Shown one piece after another: positions 42,805 through 53,696 of a stretch of DNA of 64,000 nucleotides. Source of the DNA: Gammaproteobacteria bacterium (lineage in GTDB: Bacteria > Pseudomonadota > Gammaproteobacteria > SpSt-1174). The stretch is from positions 7,667-71,666 of the forward strand of contig JARRKE010000001.1 in NCBI GenBank assembly GCA_037388465.1, read 5' to 3'. The translations under genes were made by a program, and so were the position numbers. Below the pieces are notes generated by a model that worked only from the letters and a program-made list of their open reading frames with translations, was not told the DNA's origin and made no database searches. Numbering within the stretch: the stretch's first letter is position 1; each line of letters starts with the position of its first letter.

Positions 42805-43620
42805 TCAGCGCCATAGCAATATTTCTCCCAGGCCTCCAACGGCCCGGTCACCGACCCAGCGTTGGATGTCGTGTCCGATACGGGCGTGTTCGGTGTACCC
42901 GGCCTGGGCGATGCGTTTGCGCCAGAGGTTTATAAAAGTCAGGTCATGCGTGCCCGTCCGGTTGAAGGTCGCCGGCAGGGATTCGGGAAGTTCGTTCAGT
43001 AGCAGGGTGCCGCGGCGCATGGCGAAACCGGCACCACCGCCCACCCTGCCCAGCACCGATACCGAACCGGCGATCATGCGCGAGGCGCAGTGGTTTCCCA
43101 CATCGCCGCCGATGAGCAGCAAGCCGCGGCGCATGCGATCGGCGGCGCGTGTGCCGGCGTCGCCGTCGATCACGATCGTGCCGCCCTGCAGTCCGTGCGC
43201 TCGGCCGGGCAGGGCGGCCGCCAGATAGTCACCGGCCGATCCGTGCACATGCAGCTGTCCCGCAGCCATCCCAGTTCCCGCATAGGCGCCGCAGTCGCCG
43301 CGTACCACAACCCGGCCGCCGGTCATGTCACTGGCGAGATAGGCGCCGGCGTTGCCGAACACCTCCACGTTGCCCTCTACGGTCCCCGCTGCGAGTCCGT
43401 CCAGCCGGCTGGAGCTGTTGTTTACCACCAGCACCGGTTCGTCGGACGAGGTCACGGCCACGTCGAAGAGTTCGCCGACATCAACGGTGTGATTGCCCAG
43501 ATGCAGGGGAAGGGCGCTGATTTGCATCGCGCTGAGGCTGATCAGCCTGGGAAGGCTCAGGCTGCTGACGTCGATCCGTTGAGCGGGCGCCTCGCGCAAG
43601 GTCAAGGTCACCTTGCTCAT
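42805..43620 (-). CDS. fhcC: Formyltransferase/hydrolase complex subunit C (FwdC homologue)
   Basis: 271 aa with GXGXXG-rich beta-helix repeats (GNAGAYLASDMTGG .. GDCGAYAGTGMAAG .. GSAGDYLAA..), typical of FwdC / GltB C-terminal domain. Confidence 0.85.
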   Translation of the reverse strand: MSKVTLTLREAPAQRIDVSSLSLPRLISLSAMQISALPLHLGNHTVDVGELFDVAVTSSDEPVLVVNNSSSRLDGLAAGTVEGNVEVFGNAGAYLASDMTGGRVVVRGDCGAYAGTGMAAGQLHVHGSAGDYLAAALPGRAHGLQGGTIVIDGDAGTRAADRMRRGLLLIGGDVGNHCASRMIAGSVSVLGRVGGGAGFAMRRGTLLLNELPESLPATFNRTGTHDLTFINLWRKRIAQAGYTEHARIGHDIQRWVGDRAVGGLGEILLWR

Positions 43621-44510
43621 GAGACAAGCTCCCGCAGGTGATAGTGATGGCGTCCCAGCTGGCCGCCGTAGTTGCCGGCCGAGATTCGTTTCACGCCATG
43701 GCGCTCGCCGAGTTCACACACGGTTGCGATGCCGGTGGCCATGGCCTGGCGCAGGTCGGCATCGGTCAGGCCGTTGATGACGATTTCCAGTACCGCACCG
43801 ATGTCCGGACCCAGCCGGCTGGCGGCGACGCCGCGCAATGTCGGACAATAGGCGTCATTGGTGGATGCGGGGACGGCCGGATACTTGGAGCCCACCTTCG
43901 AGCCGGAGCGTACGATGCCGCCGGGAAAGGGCATGATCACGTTCGGTGCGGCGCCTATGGCGGCGACTGCCTGCTCGCAGGCATACAGTGCGCCGTCCAG
44001 GTCGGCGGCCAGTACCAGCAGGTTGCCGCCGCCGATGGCATCCTGGCGGCCGGTGGTCTCTTCGCACAGGAATTCGCCGTCCATCACCGGTACGCGCCAG
44101 TAGCGCCGCCCTTCGATCTGTTTCGAGATCTGATAGCCGTCGCCGAAATAACGCAGGTTGCGTCCCAGATTCACCGGCTTGCCGTCCATGCCGGCGTAGA
44201 TTGCGCTGGTGGGAGCGGTGAGTACGCATTGACCGACGCGCCGCTCCAGGTGTTTTGCGAGATCATCACCCGACATGGCGAAGATCAGGACGGATACGCC
44301 CGGTCGCCCGTCCGGCGTCTGGTCGGATTCCAGGGCCTGCTCGATGCCGGCTTCGATACCACAGCCGATAACGGAGGTGGCAAATCCGGTCATGGTGCGG
44401 GCGGCCTGTTCGGCCCATTTGCGGTTGAGTGCTGTGATGACCACGCGCGTGGCCTTCATGTCGAAGGCCTCGGCGAAGGTATCGTCGATGGCGACGCCGT
44501 TGCGGATCAC
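43617..44510 (-). CDS. fhcD: Formylmethanofuran--tetrahydromethanopterin N-formyltransferase
   Basis: 297 aa. N-terminus MIRNGVAIDDTFAEAFDMKATRVVITA resembles the archaeal Ftr N-terminus as I recall it. Confidence 0.9.
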   Translation of the reverse strand: MIRNGVAIDDTFAEAFDMKATRVVITALNRKWAEQAARTMTGFATSVIGCGIEAGIEQALESDQTPDGRPGVSVLIFAMSGDDLAKHLERRVGQCVLTAPTSAIYAGMDGKPVNLGRNLRYFGDGYQISKQIEGRRYWRVPVMDGEFLCEETTGRQDAIGGGNLLVLAADLDGALYACEQAVAAIGAAPNVIMPFPGGIVRSGSKVGSKYPAVPASTNDAYCPTLRGVAASRLGPDIGAVLEIVINGLTDADLRQAMATGIATVCELGERHGVKRISAGNYGGQLGRHHYHLRELVS

Positions 44511-46174
44511 GTGTCGTTTCTCCCGCGGCCGTGATGAACGACCAGCTCACCGTGCCCGTCGTTGGAAAACTCGTCGGCACCGATCATGAAGTTTTCCATG
44601 CGCACCGTCTGAAAGCGTTCGAAGTAGCGGCGCAGTTGTTTGGAAATGGACGGGTCGTAGTCGGGGTGGACGGTGTGGGTCCGACCCCAGACAACCTTTT
44701 CCAGTTCGCCGTCGCGCACGATCAATTCACCGTCCTTGAAGACATACGCGGGCGTTCCGAACATGCGCTCGCGGTCGGCGTCCGGGGTGTAGACGGTGAT
44801 GTCGGCCACCGCACCGGCACCCAGGTGACCATGATCTTCCAGGCCCAGCACACGGGCGGGACCGGCACGCGTCATGACCGCGATTTCGTACAGATCGTAT
44901 TCGCGGTCCAGGCTGCCCAGGCGACTGTGAGCGGCAGCGGCGGGATGTATCTGTTCCAGCATGTCATTTCGAAAGCTGCGGTCCATGAGCAGGCGCACGA
45001 GATGCGGATAACTGGTGAAGGGTGCGCCGTTGGGATGATCGGTGGTGAGAAACACGCGCCACGGGTCGTCGACGCTCAGGAAAAGTTCCAGCCCGATAGC
45101 CCATTGCAGCGCATTGACGAAGTTCTTGTCCCGATATCGGAACGGCACGACGCCGCAGCCTGCGTCGCATTCGATGTCCATGCACATCCATTTGTGCGGA
45201 TGTGCATGGCGATGATTGGCGTATTGATGCATGGTGTCGCCGGATGCGGTGACTGTCTGTCCGAACATGATTTGCCCTACATCCATGCTGACGTTGGGCA
45301 TGCGGTTGACCGCTTCGGCGATCTCGGCGGCGGACGAGGAGAATCTGCGCTTGCCCTCTGTGCCGTAACTGTGGAACTGGATGTGGGTGAGATGAATGGG
45401 CAGGCCTTCGGCGGCCTCCATGGTTTGCAGGGTGCTGGTGAAATTGCCCGGCACGCCCAGGTTGCTGGCGTGCACATGCAGGGGATGGGCTATGCCCAGG
45501 TCGTGTACCGCGCGGGTGAGGGTGCGCACGATGTCGCGTGGGGTAATGCCGTGATGCGCGGCCTCTTCATCCAGATCCAGTTCGCGCTGATTGAACTTGA
45601 AGGCGCTGATACCGCCCGGATTGACGACCTTGATTCCCAGGCACTGGCTCGCCTGTAGTGTCCACGCGACGTAGTCGTTGATGGCCGACTGGTCGGCGCC
45701 CGTCTGCATCATGTGCAGCAGCAGTTCGTCGCTGCCCAGCATCGCGTAGCCGCCCTTGTCCACCATAGGCGTGTCGCCCAGCTCAAGATGCGCCTGACGG
45801 GCGTTGGAGGGCAGGACCGCCGGTTCGAAGCAGGCGGTGTAACCCATTTGCGCGTAGCGATAACCGGTGGTGAGCGTTGACGGTGCCGCGTGGCCGCTGC
45901 CGCTGCGGGTGAATGCCGAACGTGCGACGGGCGCCGCGGCATGATCCTCGGGAAGCATGGCGCGCGCGATGTTCACCTTGCCGCCGCCGATGTGGGTGTG
46001 AATGTCGATGGCGCCCGCCATGACCACCTTGCCGCGCAGGTCGTAAGTCTGGTCCACCTGCGCGTCGGGTTCGGGATCCACGATGTAGCCATCGCGGACA
46101 TAAAGATCGCGTATCTCGCCGTTGATATGGTGGGCGGGATCGTACAGGGTACCGCCCGCAAGTCGGATCAGCAT
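44507..46174 (-). CDS. fhcA: Formyltransferase/hydrolase complex subunit A (FwdA homologue, amidohydrolase fold)
   Basis: Metal-dependent hydrolase motifs (..AIDIHTHIGGGKV.., HVHASNLG..). Start at the ATG at 46174 (MLIRLAGGTLYDP..); the track ORF extends to 46438. Confidence 0.85.
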   Translation of the reverse strand: MLIRLAGGTLYDPAHHINGEIRDLYVRDGYIVDPEPDAQVDQTYDLRGKVVMAGAIDIHTHIGGGKVNIARAMLPEDHAAAPVARSAFTRSGSGHAAPSTLTTGYRYAQMGYTACFEPAVLPSNARQAHLELGDTPMVDKGGYAMLGSDELLLHMMQTGADQSAINDYVAWTLQASQCLGIKVVNPGGISAFKFNQRELDLDEEAAHHGITPRDIVRTLTRAVHDLGIAHPLHVHASNLGVPGNFTSTLQTMEAAEGLPIHLTHIQFHSYGTEGKRRFSSSAAEIAEAVNRMPNVSMDVGQIMFGQTVTASGDTMHQYANHRHAHPHKWMCMDIECDAGCGVVPFRYRDKNFVNALQWAIGLELFLSVDDPWRVFLTTDHPNGAPFTSYPHLVRLLMDRSFRNDMLEQIHPAAAAHSRLGSLDREYDLYEIAVMTRAGPARVLGLEDHGHLGAGAVADITVYTPDADRERMFGTPAYVFKDGELIVRDGELEKVVWGRTHTVHPDYDPSISKQLRRYFERFQTVRMENFMIGADEFSNDGHGELVVHHGRGRNDT

Positions 46175-47451
46175 GGGACCTCCTGTGATTCGATCCGGGT
46201 GCGGATTGCCTGCACGACTTCGGCGGCTGCCGGTAGCGATGAATCGACCAGCTGGCGCAGGGGCAGGGACACCACTGCATCGCCGCGAAATACGGTGCCC
46301 GCGTGGTTCAGGCCGGGAACGCCGACGGGAATGAAGACTTCCGGCTCCCTGGTCATCTGCATGCCGTTGCGACCCAGCACCACGGTCGGCACCGTCGTGT
46401 CGGGCGGTTCGTGCGTCGTGTCGAAGCTGGAAACCCACAGCAACGCATCGGCGCCGTCGGCCAATGCACGGGCAGTGGAAAGATGATACGGATCGTAGAC
46501 CGGCTTACCGCTCGCAAGGTCCACGCGCAAGGGATAACCGGTTTGCCAGGTGCAGGCCTGATATGCCGAAACGTCGCCGTCACCTGCGGCCAACGGCAGG
46601 CCGGCGAAACGTTGTTCGCGATTAAGGTCTGTGATTAATTCGCTAATGCATTGCACCGTGAGATCGGGATGATCGCCTTTGAGAGCACCGGTCGACCAGA
46701 TCATCACGCCATACGAAGCCTGGCGTATCCGTTCGGCCAGCGGCTGCAATGAATCGATGTTCATCCCGGCCACGGTGGCGGCCTGTATGGGCCGTTCGTC
46801 GATCAGGCAGCGGAGTACGGATACGATCTCGCCCATGCTTTCCATGGGCGCCGGTATGTACTCCAGCGGTATCTGTGTTTCAGGCACGGGCCAGTCAGAG
46901 CGACCACCCAGTACGATCAGCCGGCGATTCTGCAGGGCGTCGTCCACCATGGTGGTCGGCGGGGCGAAAATCCGTTCGACGAGTCGCGGGAAGCTGGTAA
47001 ACAGGGCGCTGCCGAGAACGACGATAAGATCGGCGCGGTTGCGCACTTCACTCAACGTCGTGGTGATCCAGCCACGGTCCTGAAGCACCCGTAGATTGCG
47101 CTGCAGATTTTCACCGTGCGTGTGATCGAGTGCGGCACCGATGCGGTCGGCCAGTGCCAGCGCTGCACGCATTCCGCGTACATCCGTCTCCAGGCCGCCG
47201 ATCAACGGTCGTCGTGCGTTACCCAGAAGTTCCGCAGCGTGATTAATGGCCAGGTCCAGCGTAACGGTCTCACCGGCGATTCGTGGTGAATCATCTCCCG
47301 TGGTTGCAAATCCGTTTTCGCTGCGCGTACAGCCGCCGGCAATGATCTTTATATCGCCATTGGCGATACGTATCTGCAGATCATCGCAAAGCAATCCACA
47401 AAAAGGACAGGGCACGTGCTCGTGGGTGAGTGACTTCTCACTGACAGACAT
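46168..47451 (-). CDS. fhcB: Formyltransferase/hydrolase complex subunit B (FwdB homologue, molybdopterin-oxidoreductase-like)
   Basis: N-terminal Cys motif HVPCPFCGLLCDD and MopB-like fold. Start at the ATG at 47451 (MSVSEKS, GGAG RBS); the track ORF extends to 47616. Confidence 0.8.
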   Translation of the reverse strand: MSVSEKSLTHEHVPCPFCGLLCDDLQIRIANGDIKIIAGGCTRSENGFATTGDDSPRIAGETVTLDLAINHAAELLGNARRPLIGGLETDVRGMRAALALADRIGAALDHTHGENLQRNLRVLQDRGWITTTLSEVRNRADLIVVLGSALFTSFPRLVERIFAPPTTMVDDALQNRRLIVLGGRSDWPVPETQIPLEYIPAPMESMGEIVSVLRCLIDERPIQAATVAGMNIDSLQPLAERIRQASYGVMIWSTGALKGDHPDLTVQCISELITDLNREQRFAGLPLAAGDGDVSAYQACTWQTGYPLRVDLASGKPVYDPYHLSTARALADGADALLWVSSFDTTHEPPDTTVPTVVLGRNGMQMTREPEVFIPVGVPGLNHAGTVFRGDAVVSLPLRQLVDSSLPAAAEVVQAIRTRIESQEVPC

Positions 47452-47618
47452 CAATGGCTCCAAAGTGACATACAAATGCCTCTGCCGGGTGGGTCCCGGA
47501 TGGGCAGTCACATGGAAAGCAGAGATCGTGCCACGCGCGTTGAAAGCCTTATTCAGACGCGTTTTTGATCGCGTATACGTGTGATCTGAAAGATCGGCAG
47601 TACCGTTGCAGTTCACCT

Positions 47619-47647
47619 TGTCACCCGCTTGAGGTGGGCGGGTGACA
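47619..47647. promoter_or_regulatory. Perfect 10-bp inverted repeat (operator candidate) in the fhcB / mptG divergent intergenic region
   Basis: TGTCACCCGC-N9-GCGGGTGACA, centred ~115 nt upstream of the mptG ATG and ~180 nt upstream of the fhcB ATG. Confidence 0.5.
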
Positions 47648-47746
47648 CTCTGTTACAGGACTGGGGCAGTGAACCGGCGTTATTGACGCAAGTGGCCGTG
47701 ACAACGCTGAAAATCTCAATGGCATGCTAGTTGCTATGAGGCTGTC

Positions 47747-48769
47747 ATGGAGAAGATTTCTCACAATTCGGACTCCGCAACCGGGTATGTATGGGTTGAA
47801 GCACCGGCTCGCCTGCACATGGGATTTATCGATCTCAACGGCGGATTGGGCCGTCGCTTCGGCAGTCTGGGTATGACGCTTGAGGGAATGGGTATACGGC
47901 TTTGCGCCGTCACTTCCCGTTCCATTCAGGCTACGGGACCGGGCGGCGCGCGTGCGGCCGAATGCGCGCGGCGACTGGCACAGGCCTGGCGTCTTCCCGG
48001 CGGCGTTCATCTTGATATCGAGCAGGGGATTCCGGAACACGTCGGTCTCGGGTCCGGCACGCAGTTGTCTTTAGCGGTGGGTGCTGCGCTCGCCAGTCTT
48101 TATGACGTTGGTACGGACGCACGGGATATTGCCTGTTACACCGAGCGAGGCGCCCGTTCGGGTATCGGTATCGGTGCTTTTCAGGATGGCGGTTTTCTCG
48201 TGGACGGCGGACGTTCGCCGGATTCCCATGCGCCGCCGCCACTGATTTCCCGCATGGATGTGCCCGCCAGCTGGTGGGTGCTGCTGGTACTGGACCGCCG
48301 CGGTCAGGGGTTGCACGGCAACAGTGAGTCCGCCGCATTCGAGGCGCTGCCGCCGTTTCCGGACGCGTTGGCTGCTCATCTCAGTCGTGTGGTGCTGATG
48401 CAGGTCCTGCCTGCGCTTGCAGAAGCGGATCTGGATGGTTTCGGTGCCGGCGTAAGCGAGATCCAGGCGCGGGTAGGCGATTACTTCGCACCGGCCCAGG
48501 GTGGTTGTTTCACCAGTCCTGAGGTGGCTGACGCAATTCATTGGTTGAGCGAAGAGGGGGCCGTTGGACTGGGGCAGAGTTCCTGGGGGCCCACCGGTTT
48601 TTGTCTGGTGGACGGTGAAGCGCGTGCGCATGCGCTGATTGATGACGCCCGGCGACATTTTTCGGGCAACGACTCATTGGAGTTCCTGGCATTGAGTGCG
48701 CGCAACACCGGCAGCCGGGTTTGGCATTACGAATCGGCGGTGGTGCGGCACGCCCGCTCCACCGCCTGA
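47747..48769 (+). CDS. mptG: Beta-ribofuranosylaminobenzene 5'-phosphate synthase (GHMP-kinase superfamily), H4MPT biosynthesis
   Basis: 340 aa. GHMP fold with HMGFIDLNGG .. HVGLGSGTQLSLAVGAAL. Sits in a methanopterin gene context next to pabB, mtdB, mch and fae. Confidence 0.75.
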   Translation: MEKISHNSDSATGYVWVEAPARLHMGFIDLNGGLGRRFGSLGMTLEGMGIRLCAVTSRSIQATGPGGARAAECARRLAQAWRLPGGVHLDIEQGIPEHVGLGSGTQLSLAVGAALASLYDVGTDARDIACYTERGARSGIGIGAFQDGGFLVDGGRSPDSHAPPPLISRMDVPASWWVLLVLDRRGQGLHGNSESAAFEALPPFPDALAAHLSRVVLMQVLPALAEADLDGFGAGVSEIQARVGDYFAPAQGGCFTSPEVADAIHWLSEEGAVGLGQSSWGPTGFCLVDGEARAHALIDDARRHFSGNDSLEFLALSARNTGSRVWHYESAVVRHARSTA

Positions 48770-48797
48770 TATTAACGACTCAGGGACCAAATCAAAT

Positions 48798-49697
48798 ATG
48801 GAGAAGCCCTATCTGCTTCACATGCTGACACCTACCGTCAACGTCAGTCCGTTTGACGTCAATCTGGCTTACGACGCGGGCTGGAATGCCGTAACACCCT
48901 ATACAGGGGTCGGTCTGGAGGATGTGACCGGACTTGTGCAGGACGCGATTTTTTCGCGCGGGCCCAAGGGTGCGCGGCGTACCGGCATGTATCTTGGCGG
49001 ACGCGACGTGCATCTGGCCGTCGATATGCTGGAAGTGGCCCGCCAGGCCATGGTGCCGCCGTTCGAGGTCTCGGTTTTCGCCGATCCGAGCGGTGCTTTT
49101 ACCACAGCGGCGGCGATGGTCGCCGTGGTGAAGAAACACCTGGCGCAAATTCACCGACAAGTCCTTGCCGGTGCGAACGCGGTGGTATTCGGCACCGGTC
49201 CGGTCGGTACCATCGTGGCCGTACTCGCGGCGCGCGAGGGTGCGCGTGTGAAGCTGGCCAGTCACCTTGGTATGGATGCGGCGCAACATGCGGTGGCTTT
49301 ATGCGGCGAGCGTTACGGCGTAACGCTGGAGGCCGCCAACAGCGCCGATGACGACCACAAGCGCGCCTTGCTGAGAGATACACAAGTGGTGTTCTCGACG
49401 GCCAAGGCCGGTGTGCAGATTCTGTCGGCGGCGCTGGTTGCAGGCGCGACGCAGTTGAAGGTCGCCGCAGATGTGAATGCCGTGCCCCCGGCAGGCATCG
49501 AAGGCGTCGGCGTACAGGACGACGGTGTCCCCATACAGGGGTCGATCAGCGATGCCGTAGGCGTAGGTGCGCTCGCGGTCGGCAATGTGAAGTACAAGAT
49601 CCAGTACGACATGTTGTGCCAGATGCGTGAAGCCGACGAGCCGCAATATCTGGGATTCGCGCAGGCATACGAGGCGGCGGCGAAATATGCGGGCTAG
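48798..49697 (+). CDS. mtdB: NAD(P)-dependent methylene-tetrahydromethanopterin dehydrogenase
   Basis: ~300 aa. N-terminus (..PTVNVSPFDVNLAYDAGWN) and the GTGPVG Rossmann and NAVPPAGIEG blocks parallel the M. extorquens MtdA sequence as recalled. Confidence 0.85.
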   Translation: MEKPYLLHMLTPTVNVSPFDVNLAYDAGWNAVTPYTGVGLEDVTGLVQDAIFSRGPKGARRTGMYLGGRDVHLAVDMLEVARQAMVPPFEVSVFADPSGAFTTAAAMVAVVKKHLAQIHRQVLAGANAVVFGTGPVGTIVAVLAAREGARVKLASHLGMDAAQHAVALCGERYGVTLEAANSADDDHKRALLRDTQVVFSTAKAGVQILSAALVAGATQLKVAADVNAVPPAGIEGVGVQDDGVPIQGSISDAVGVGALAVGNVKYKIQYDMLCQMREADEPQYLGFAQAYEAAAKYAG

Positions 49698-50847
49698 TTC
49701 TGAAAGATTGTGCCTGATATCCACGTCGGCGCGCGCGCTGGCGGCATCGGCGGCGCGTGGCGGTGCACGTCCCGACGTGTTCGATTTTTTCGGCGACCGG
49801 GAAACCCGCACCCATGCCAGGCGCTGCCTGTCGTTGCGCCTATCGCGTCACGGTATCGACGGTGAAGCGTTGGGCCGGGATCTGATTGCGCTCAGGTCGG
49901 CTTCCGGTCCCGGCGTCGTGGTGTACGGCAGCGGGTTCGAAAGTCAGCCGGAACTGCTGCAGCGTGTGAACGACTGTGGATTCTCGATAGCGGGCAACGA
50001 TGCGCAGGTTGTACGCAACGTTAAGGATCCCGAGACATTTTTTTCTCAGCTCGACGAATTGAAGATTCCTCATCCGCAGGTGTGTTTCACGCAGCCGGGT
50101 ATGTCGGGCTGGCTGGTCAAGAATCCCCGTGCCGATGGCGGTACCCACGTGCATCCCTGGTTGGAAGGTGAAACACCGCCGCCGGGATGTCTGTTTCAAC
50201 GCGAGGTGGACGGACAACCCATGTCCGTTCTGTTTCTGGCCGACGGACGGCGGGCGCAGATCATCGGCTTCAATTCCCTGTGGAACGACAAGAACAATCC
50301 GCGTATGCCGTACCGTTATGGCGGAGCCATCAATCACGCGACGCTTGACCATCGGGAACGGACGACGGTCATCGGCTACGTGGCGGCACTGGTCCGCACG
50401 TTTGGATTGAAAGGCATCAACGGCATGGATTTCATCGCTTCGGCGTCGGGCTGTCAGGTGCTGGAACTCAATCCCCGGCCGTGCGCGACCCTGGAGCTTT
50501 ACGATCCGGACACCGATGTCGGGCTGGTGTCGCTGCATGTCCGGGCCTGTGCCGGCAGCCTACCGGCGGGCCGTGTCTGTCTGCCGCGTCGTCTGCGTGC
50601 CTATCGCGTGATTTACGCCCAGCGCGACATGCGCATCGGAACGGACCGCCAATGGCCGCTTTGGTGCCGGGATCTGCCGCAGCCCCGGCGTTACATTCGC
50701 GCCGGTGAACCGGTGTGCACCGTCCATGCCGCCGGCACGCGGTTGCGTGCCGTGACGGACCGGCTGGCCGCACGCTGTACGGCGCTGATCGGCCTGCTCA
50801 CCCGCTGGACGTCCATGGATTCCCTTTTGGCGGAGGTGCTGCCGTGA
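49687..50847 (+). CDS. ATP-grasp protein, H4MPT/methanofuran-linked (ligase of unknown specificity)
   Basis: ATP-grasp core (..[15 protein letters not shown] .. LELNPRP..). The ATG overlaps the mtdB stop. Exact start is uncertain. Confidence 0.65.
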   Translation: MRASSERLCLISTSARALAASAARGGARPDVFDFFGDRETRTHARRCLSLRLSRHGIDGEALGRDLIALRSASGPGVVVYGSGFESQPELLQRVNDCGFSIAGNDAQVVRNVKDPETFFSQLDELKIPHPQVCFTQPGMSGWLVKNPRADGGTHVHPWLEGETPPPGCLFQREVDGQPMSVLFLADGRRAQIIGFNSLWNDKNNPRMPYRYGGAINHATLDHRERTTVIGYVAALVRTFGLKGINGMDFIASASGCQVLELNPRPCATLELYDPDTDVGLVSLHVRACAGSLPAGRVCLPRRLRAYRVIYAQRDMRIGTDRQWPLWCRDLPQPRRYIRAGEPVCTVHAAGTRLRAVTDRLAARCTALIGLLTRWTSMDSLLAEVLP

Positions 50848-50855
50848 CCGGCGGT

Positions 50856-51851
50856 ATGCAAGGCGCTGCGCTGCAATCTTTCGCCGGTGCGGTGAGCGTG
50901 AACGCCCTGGCTGCGCCGCTGGTCGAGTCGCTGGTGCGTGACGCGCCGCAGCTTGGCCTGTCGGTGGCGCAGATGGATAACGGCTGCACCCTGGTGGATG
51001 CCGGTATCGATGTGCGCGGCGGGCTGGAAGCGGGCAGGCGCATCGCGGAGATCTGCCTCGGCGGATTGGGCAGCGTGAGGCTGTCCAACGGCGAAACCGA
51101 GAGCTGGCCGGTGGGCGTGACGGTACATACCGCATCGCCCGTGCTCGCCTGTCTCGGCAGCCAGTATGCAGGGTGGAGTCTGAGCCACGGCGAGGGTAAG
51201 GAGGCGTTTCATGCCCTGGGCTCGGGGCCGGCGCGTGCGCTGTCGGTCAAGGAAACCCTGTTCGAGGAACTGCAATACCGCGACCGGGCCGACGCCGGCT
51301 GTCTGGTACTGGAGGTTGACCGCCGGCCGCCCTTGCCGCTGGTGGACAAGATCGCCGCCGACTGCGGGATCGCCGCTTCGGCACTGACATTGATCCTCAC
51401 GCCGACACGCAGCCTGGCCGGCACGGTGCAGGTGGTGGCGCGTGTGCTGGAGGTGGCGCTGCACAAGGTGCATGCCCTGGATTTTCCCTTGGACCGCATC
51501 GCCGACGGCGTGGGCAGCGCACCGTTGCCGCCTCCGGCGCCGGATTTCGTGCAGGCCATGGGGCGCACCAACGACGCCATCCTGTTCGCGGGACGTGTGC
51601 AGCTCTATGTGCACGGCGACGACGAGGCGGCGCATTCCCTGGCGCAGGCACTCCCGTCCGGCCGGTCCAAGGATTACGGCCGGCCTTTTGCGGAGGTGTT
51701 CAAGTCCTACGACTACGATTTCTTCCAGATCGATCCCATGTTGTTCAGTCCCGCGGCGGTGAACGTGAGCGCGTTGGACAGCGGCCGGAGCTTCCGGGCC
51801 GGCAATGTGGATGCACGTCTGCTGGAACAGTCGTTCGGAGGCGGCGCATGA
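50856..51851 (+). CDS. mch: Methenyl-tetrahydromethanopterin cyclohydrolase
   Basis: ~330 aa, [16 protein letters not shown].. N-terminus and Mch-specific fold. An alternative GTG start at 50844 overlaps the preceding stop. Confidence 0.85.
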   Translation: MQGAALQSFAGAVSVNALAAPLVESLVRDAPQLGLSVAQMDNGCTLVDAGIDVRGGLEAGRRIAEICLGGLGSVRLSNGETESWPVGVTVHTASPVLACLGSQYAGWSLSHGEGKEAFHALGSGPARALSVKETLFEELQYRDRADAGCLVLEVDRRPPLPLVDKIAADCGIAASALTLILTPTRSLAGTVQVVARVLEVALHKVHALDFPLDRIADGVGSAPLPPPAPDFVQAMGRTNDAILFAGRVQLYVHGDDEAAHSLAQALPSGRSKDYGRPFAEVFKSYDYDFFQIDPMLFSPAAVNVSALDSGRSFRAGNVDARLLEQSFGGGA

Positions 51852-52762
51852 AACGGCGGATCGTCATCTTCACCGACAATCCGGGCTGGCACGGCGCACG
51901 CTTGCGCAAGGCGTTCGCGGCACGTGGCTGCGACACCCGCTTCGTCTCTTTGTCTGCGTGCCGGCTGGAAACGGGTACCGAGTCGCCGATGGTGCATATC
52001 CCCGGTTTTGAATCGGGATTGCCGGACGGTGTGTTCGTGCGCGGCGTGCCCGGCGGCACGTTGGAGGAGGTGATATTCCATTTGAACGTGCTTCATGCGC
52101 TGCAGGCCGTCGGCGTACCCGTATACAACGATGGCCGGGCTATCGAACGCAGTGTCGACAAGGCCGTGACCAACCTGCTGCTCGCCCGAGCCGGCCTGCC
52201 GGTACCCCCCACCTGGGTGATGCGCGATCCAGAATCCGCCGGGGCGGTCATACGTAAAGAGCATATGGCGGGTCATGCGCTGATCTGCAAGCCCCTGTTC
52301 GGTTCCCAGGGCAAAGGCATCGCACGCATCGAACCGGGCGATAACCTGCCCGGGAGTGACGACTACAACGGCGTGTATTACCTGCAGCGTTATATCGACA
52401 GCGGCGAAGGCCATTGGCACGACTGGCGCGTCTTCGTTATCGGTGGGCAGGCCGTGGCGGCGATGCGCCGGGACGGGAACACGTGGGTCAGCAACGTCGC
52501 CCAGGGTGCGCGCGGCCAGGCGGCCGTGCTCGACGAGACCATGTCTTCCCTGGCGGAAGCGGCGGTGGCCGCGGTGGATATGCAGTACGCCGGTGTGGAT
52601 CTGCTGCAGGACGTCGAAGGGCGGTGGTGGCTGATCGAGCTCAACAGCATTCCCGCCTGGAAGGCGCTGCAAGGCGTCTGCCGCCCGGATATCGCCCAGG
52701 CATTGGCGGATGATTTCCTGGCGCAGATGGCCGGTGGCAAACCGCTGGAGGTGGTGGGATGA
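51848..52762 (+). CDS. RimK-family ATP-grasp ligase (tetrahydromethanopterin:alpha-L-glutamate ligase MptN-like)
   Basis: 304 aa. RimK-type ATP-grasp, ATGA overlap with mch, context. Confidence 0.7.
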   Translation: MKRRIVIFTDNPGWHGARLRKAFAARGCDTRFVSLSACRLETGTESPMVHIPGFESGLPDGVFVRGVPGGTLEEVIFHLNVLHALQAVGVPVYNDGRAIERSVDKAVTNLLLARAGLPVPPTWVMRDPESAGAVIRKEHMAGHALICKPLFGSQGKGIARIEPGDNLPGSDDYNGVYYLQRYIDSGEGHWHDWRVFVIGGQAVAAMRRDGNTWVSNVAQGARGQAAVLDETMSSLAEAAVAAVDMQYAGVDLLQDVEGRWWLIELNSIPAWKALQGVCRPDIAQALADDFLAQMAGGKPLEVVG

Positions 52763-53673
52763 ACGCGGTCTCCGGCGCAGCCGTGCGCGAGGCCTATCTG
52801 GAGGCCTGCGCTGTCGAACTGCAGGCGTTCAAGCCCGGCAACGTCAGCATTTTCAGCGCCGGGCACGGCATGACAGTAAGCGATTTCCGTTCGAGTGCGC
52901 AGGCGAGCGCTGACGCCCTGGCAAGCCGCGAGGCAGGGCTCGGCCTGCGTATCTACCGTGCGATCGCGGATACCCATCAAACGGTGGGCTGCAACACGAA
53001 CCTGGGCATCGTGCTGCTTTGTGCGCCGCTGATGCAGGCGATGCTGGCGGATGCCGGAAACGATCTGCGTCGGAATCTCGGGCGCGTGCTCGATCAGGCG
53101 GGCGAATCCGATACGCAATGGGTTTACCGCGCCATCCGGCTCGCGTCCCCGGCGGGACTGGGGGCGGCGGCACGCCACGATGTTTACGCCGAACCGCATT
53201 GCAGTCTGGTGGAGGCGATGTGGCCGGCAGCCAGGCGCGACCGGATCGCTTTTCAGTACGTCAGTCTGTTTAAGGACATCTTCGAATATTCGGTGCCGCG
53301 GATGCGCGCTTTGCGTCTCCGCGGGTACGACGAGTCATGGGCGGCGGTTGGGGTCTTCCTGGGTTTGCTGAAACGCGCCCCCGATACCCACGTCGCCCGC
53401 AAATACGGCAAGGCATTGGCCAGGGAGGTGAGTGCTAAAGCCGCGCGCCTGGAAGGTGCAATGTGTCGGTCGGACGCGCCCGAACAGTTTCTGCCACATC
53501 TGGAAGAACTGGACGCGCAGTTCAAACACGCAGGCATCAATCCGGGCACTACAGCGGATCTGACGGTTGCGACCCTGCTTGCGGTACGCCTGGAAGAGTT
53601 GATGGGCGGGCAAGCGACGGTCGGCTCCGCACCTAGCAGAGGGACCGTCTCCAGACGGTACCAATTCACGTAA
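52759..53673 (+). CDS. Triphosphoribosyl-dephospho-CoA synthase (CitG/MdcB) family protein, H4MPT-linked
   Basis: 304 aa. CitG-like core including a GTTADL block. ATGA overlap with the upstream gene. Confidence 0.7.
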   Translation: MNAVSGAAVREAYLEACAVELQAFKPGNVSIFSAGHGMTVSDFRSSAQASADALASREAGLGLRIYRAIADTHQTVGCNTNLGIVLLCAPLMQAMLADAGNDLRRNLGRVLDQAGESDTQWVYRAIRLASPAGLGAAARHDVYAEPHCSLVEAMWPAARRDRIAFQYVSLFKDIFEYSVPRMRALRLRGYDESWAAVGVFLGLLKRAPDTHVARKYGKALAREVSAKAARLEGAMCRSDAPEQFLPHLEELDAQFKHAGINPGTTADLTVATLLAVRLEELMGGQATVGSAPSRGTVSRRYQFT

Positions 53674-53696
53674 CTACCACCGTAAGGAGTAGCAAA

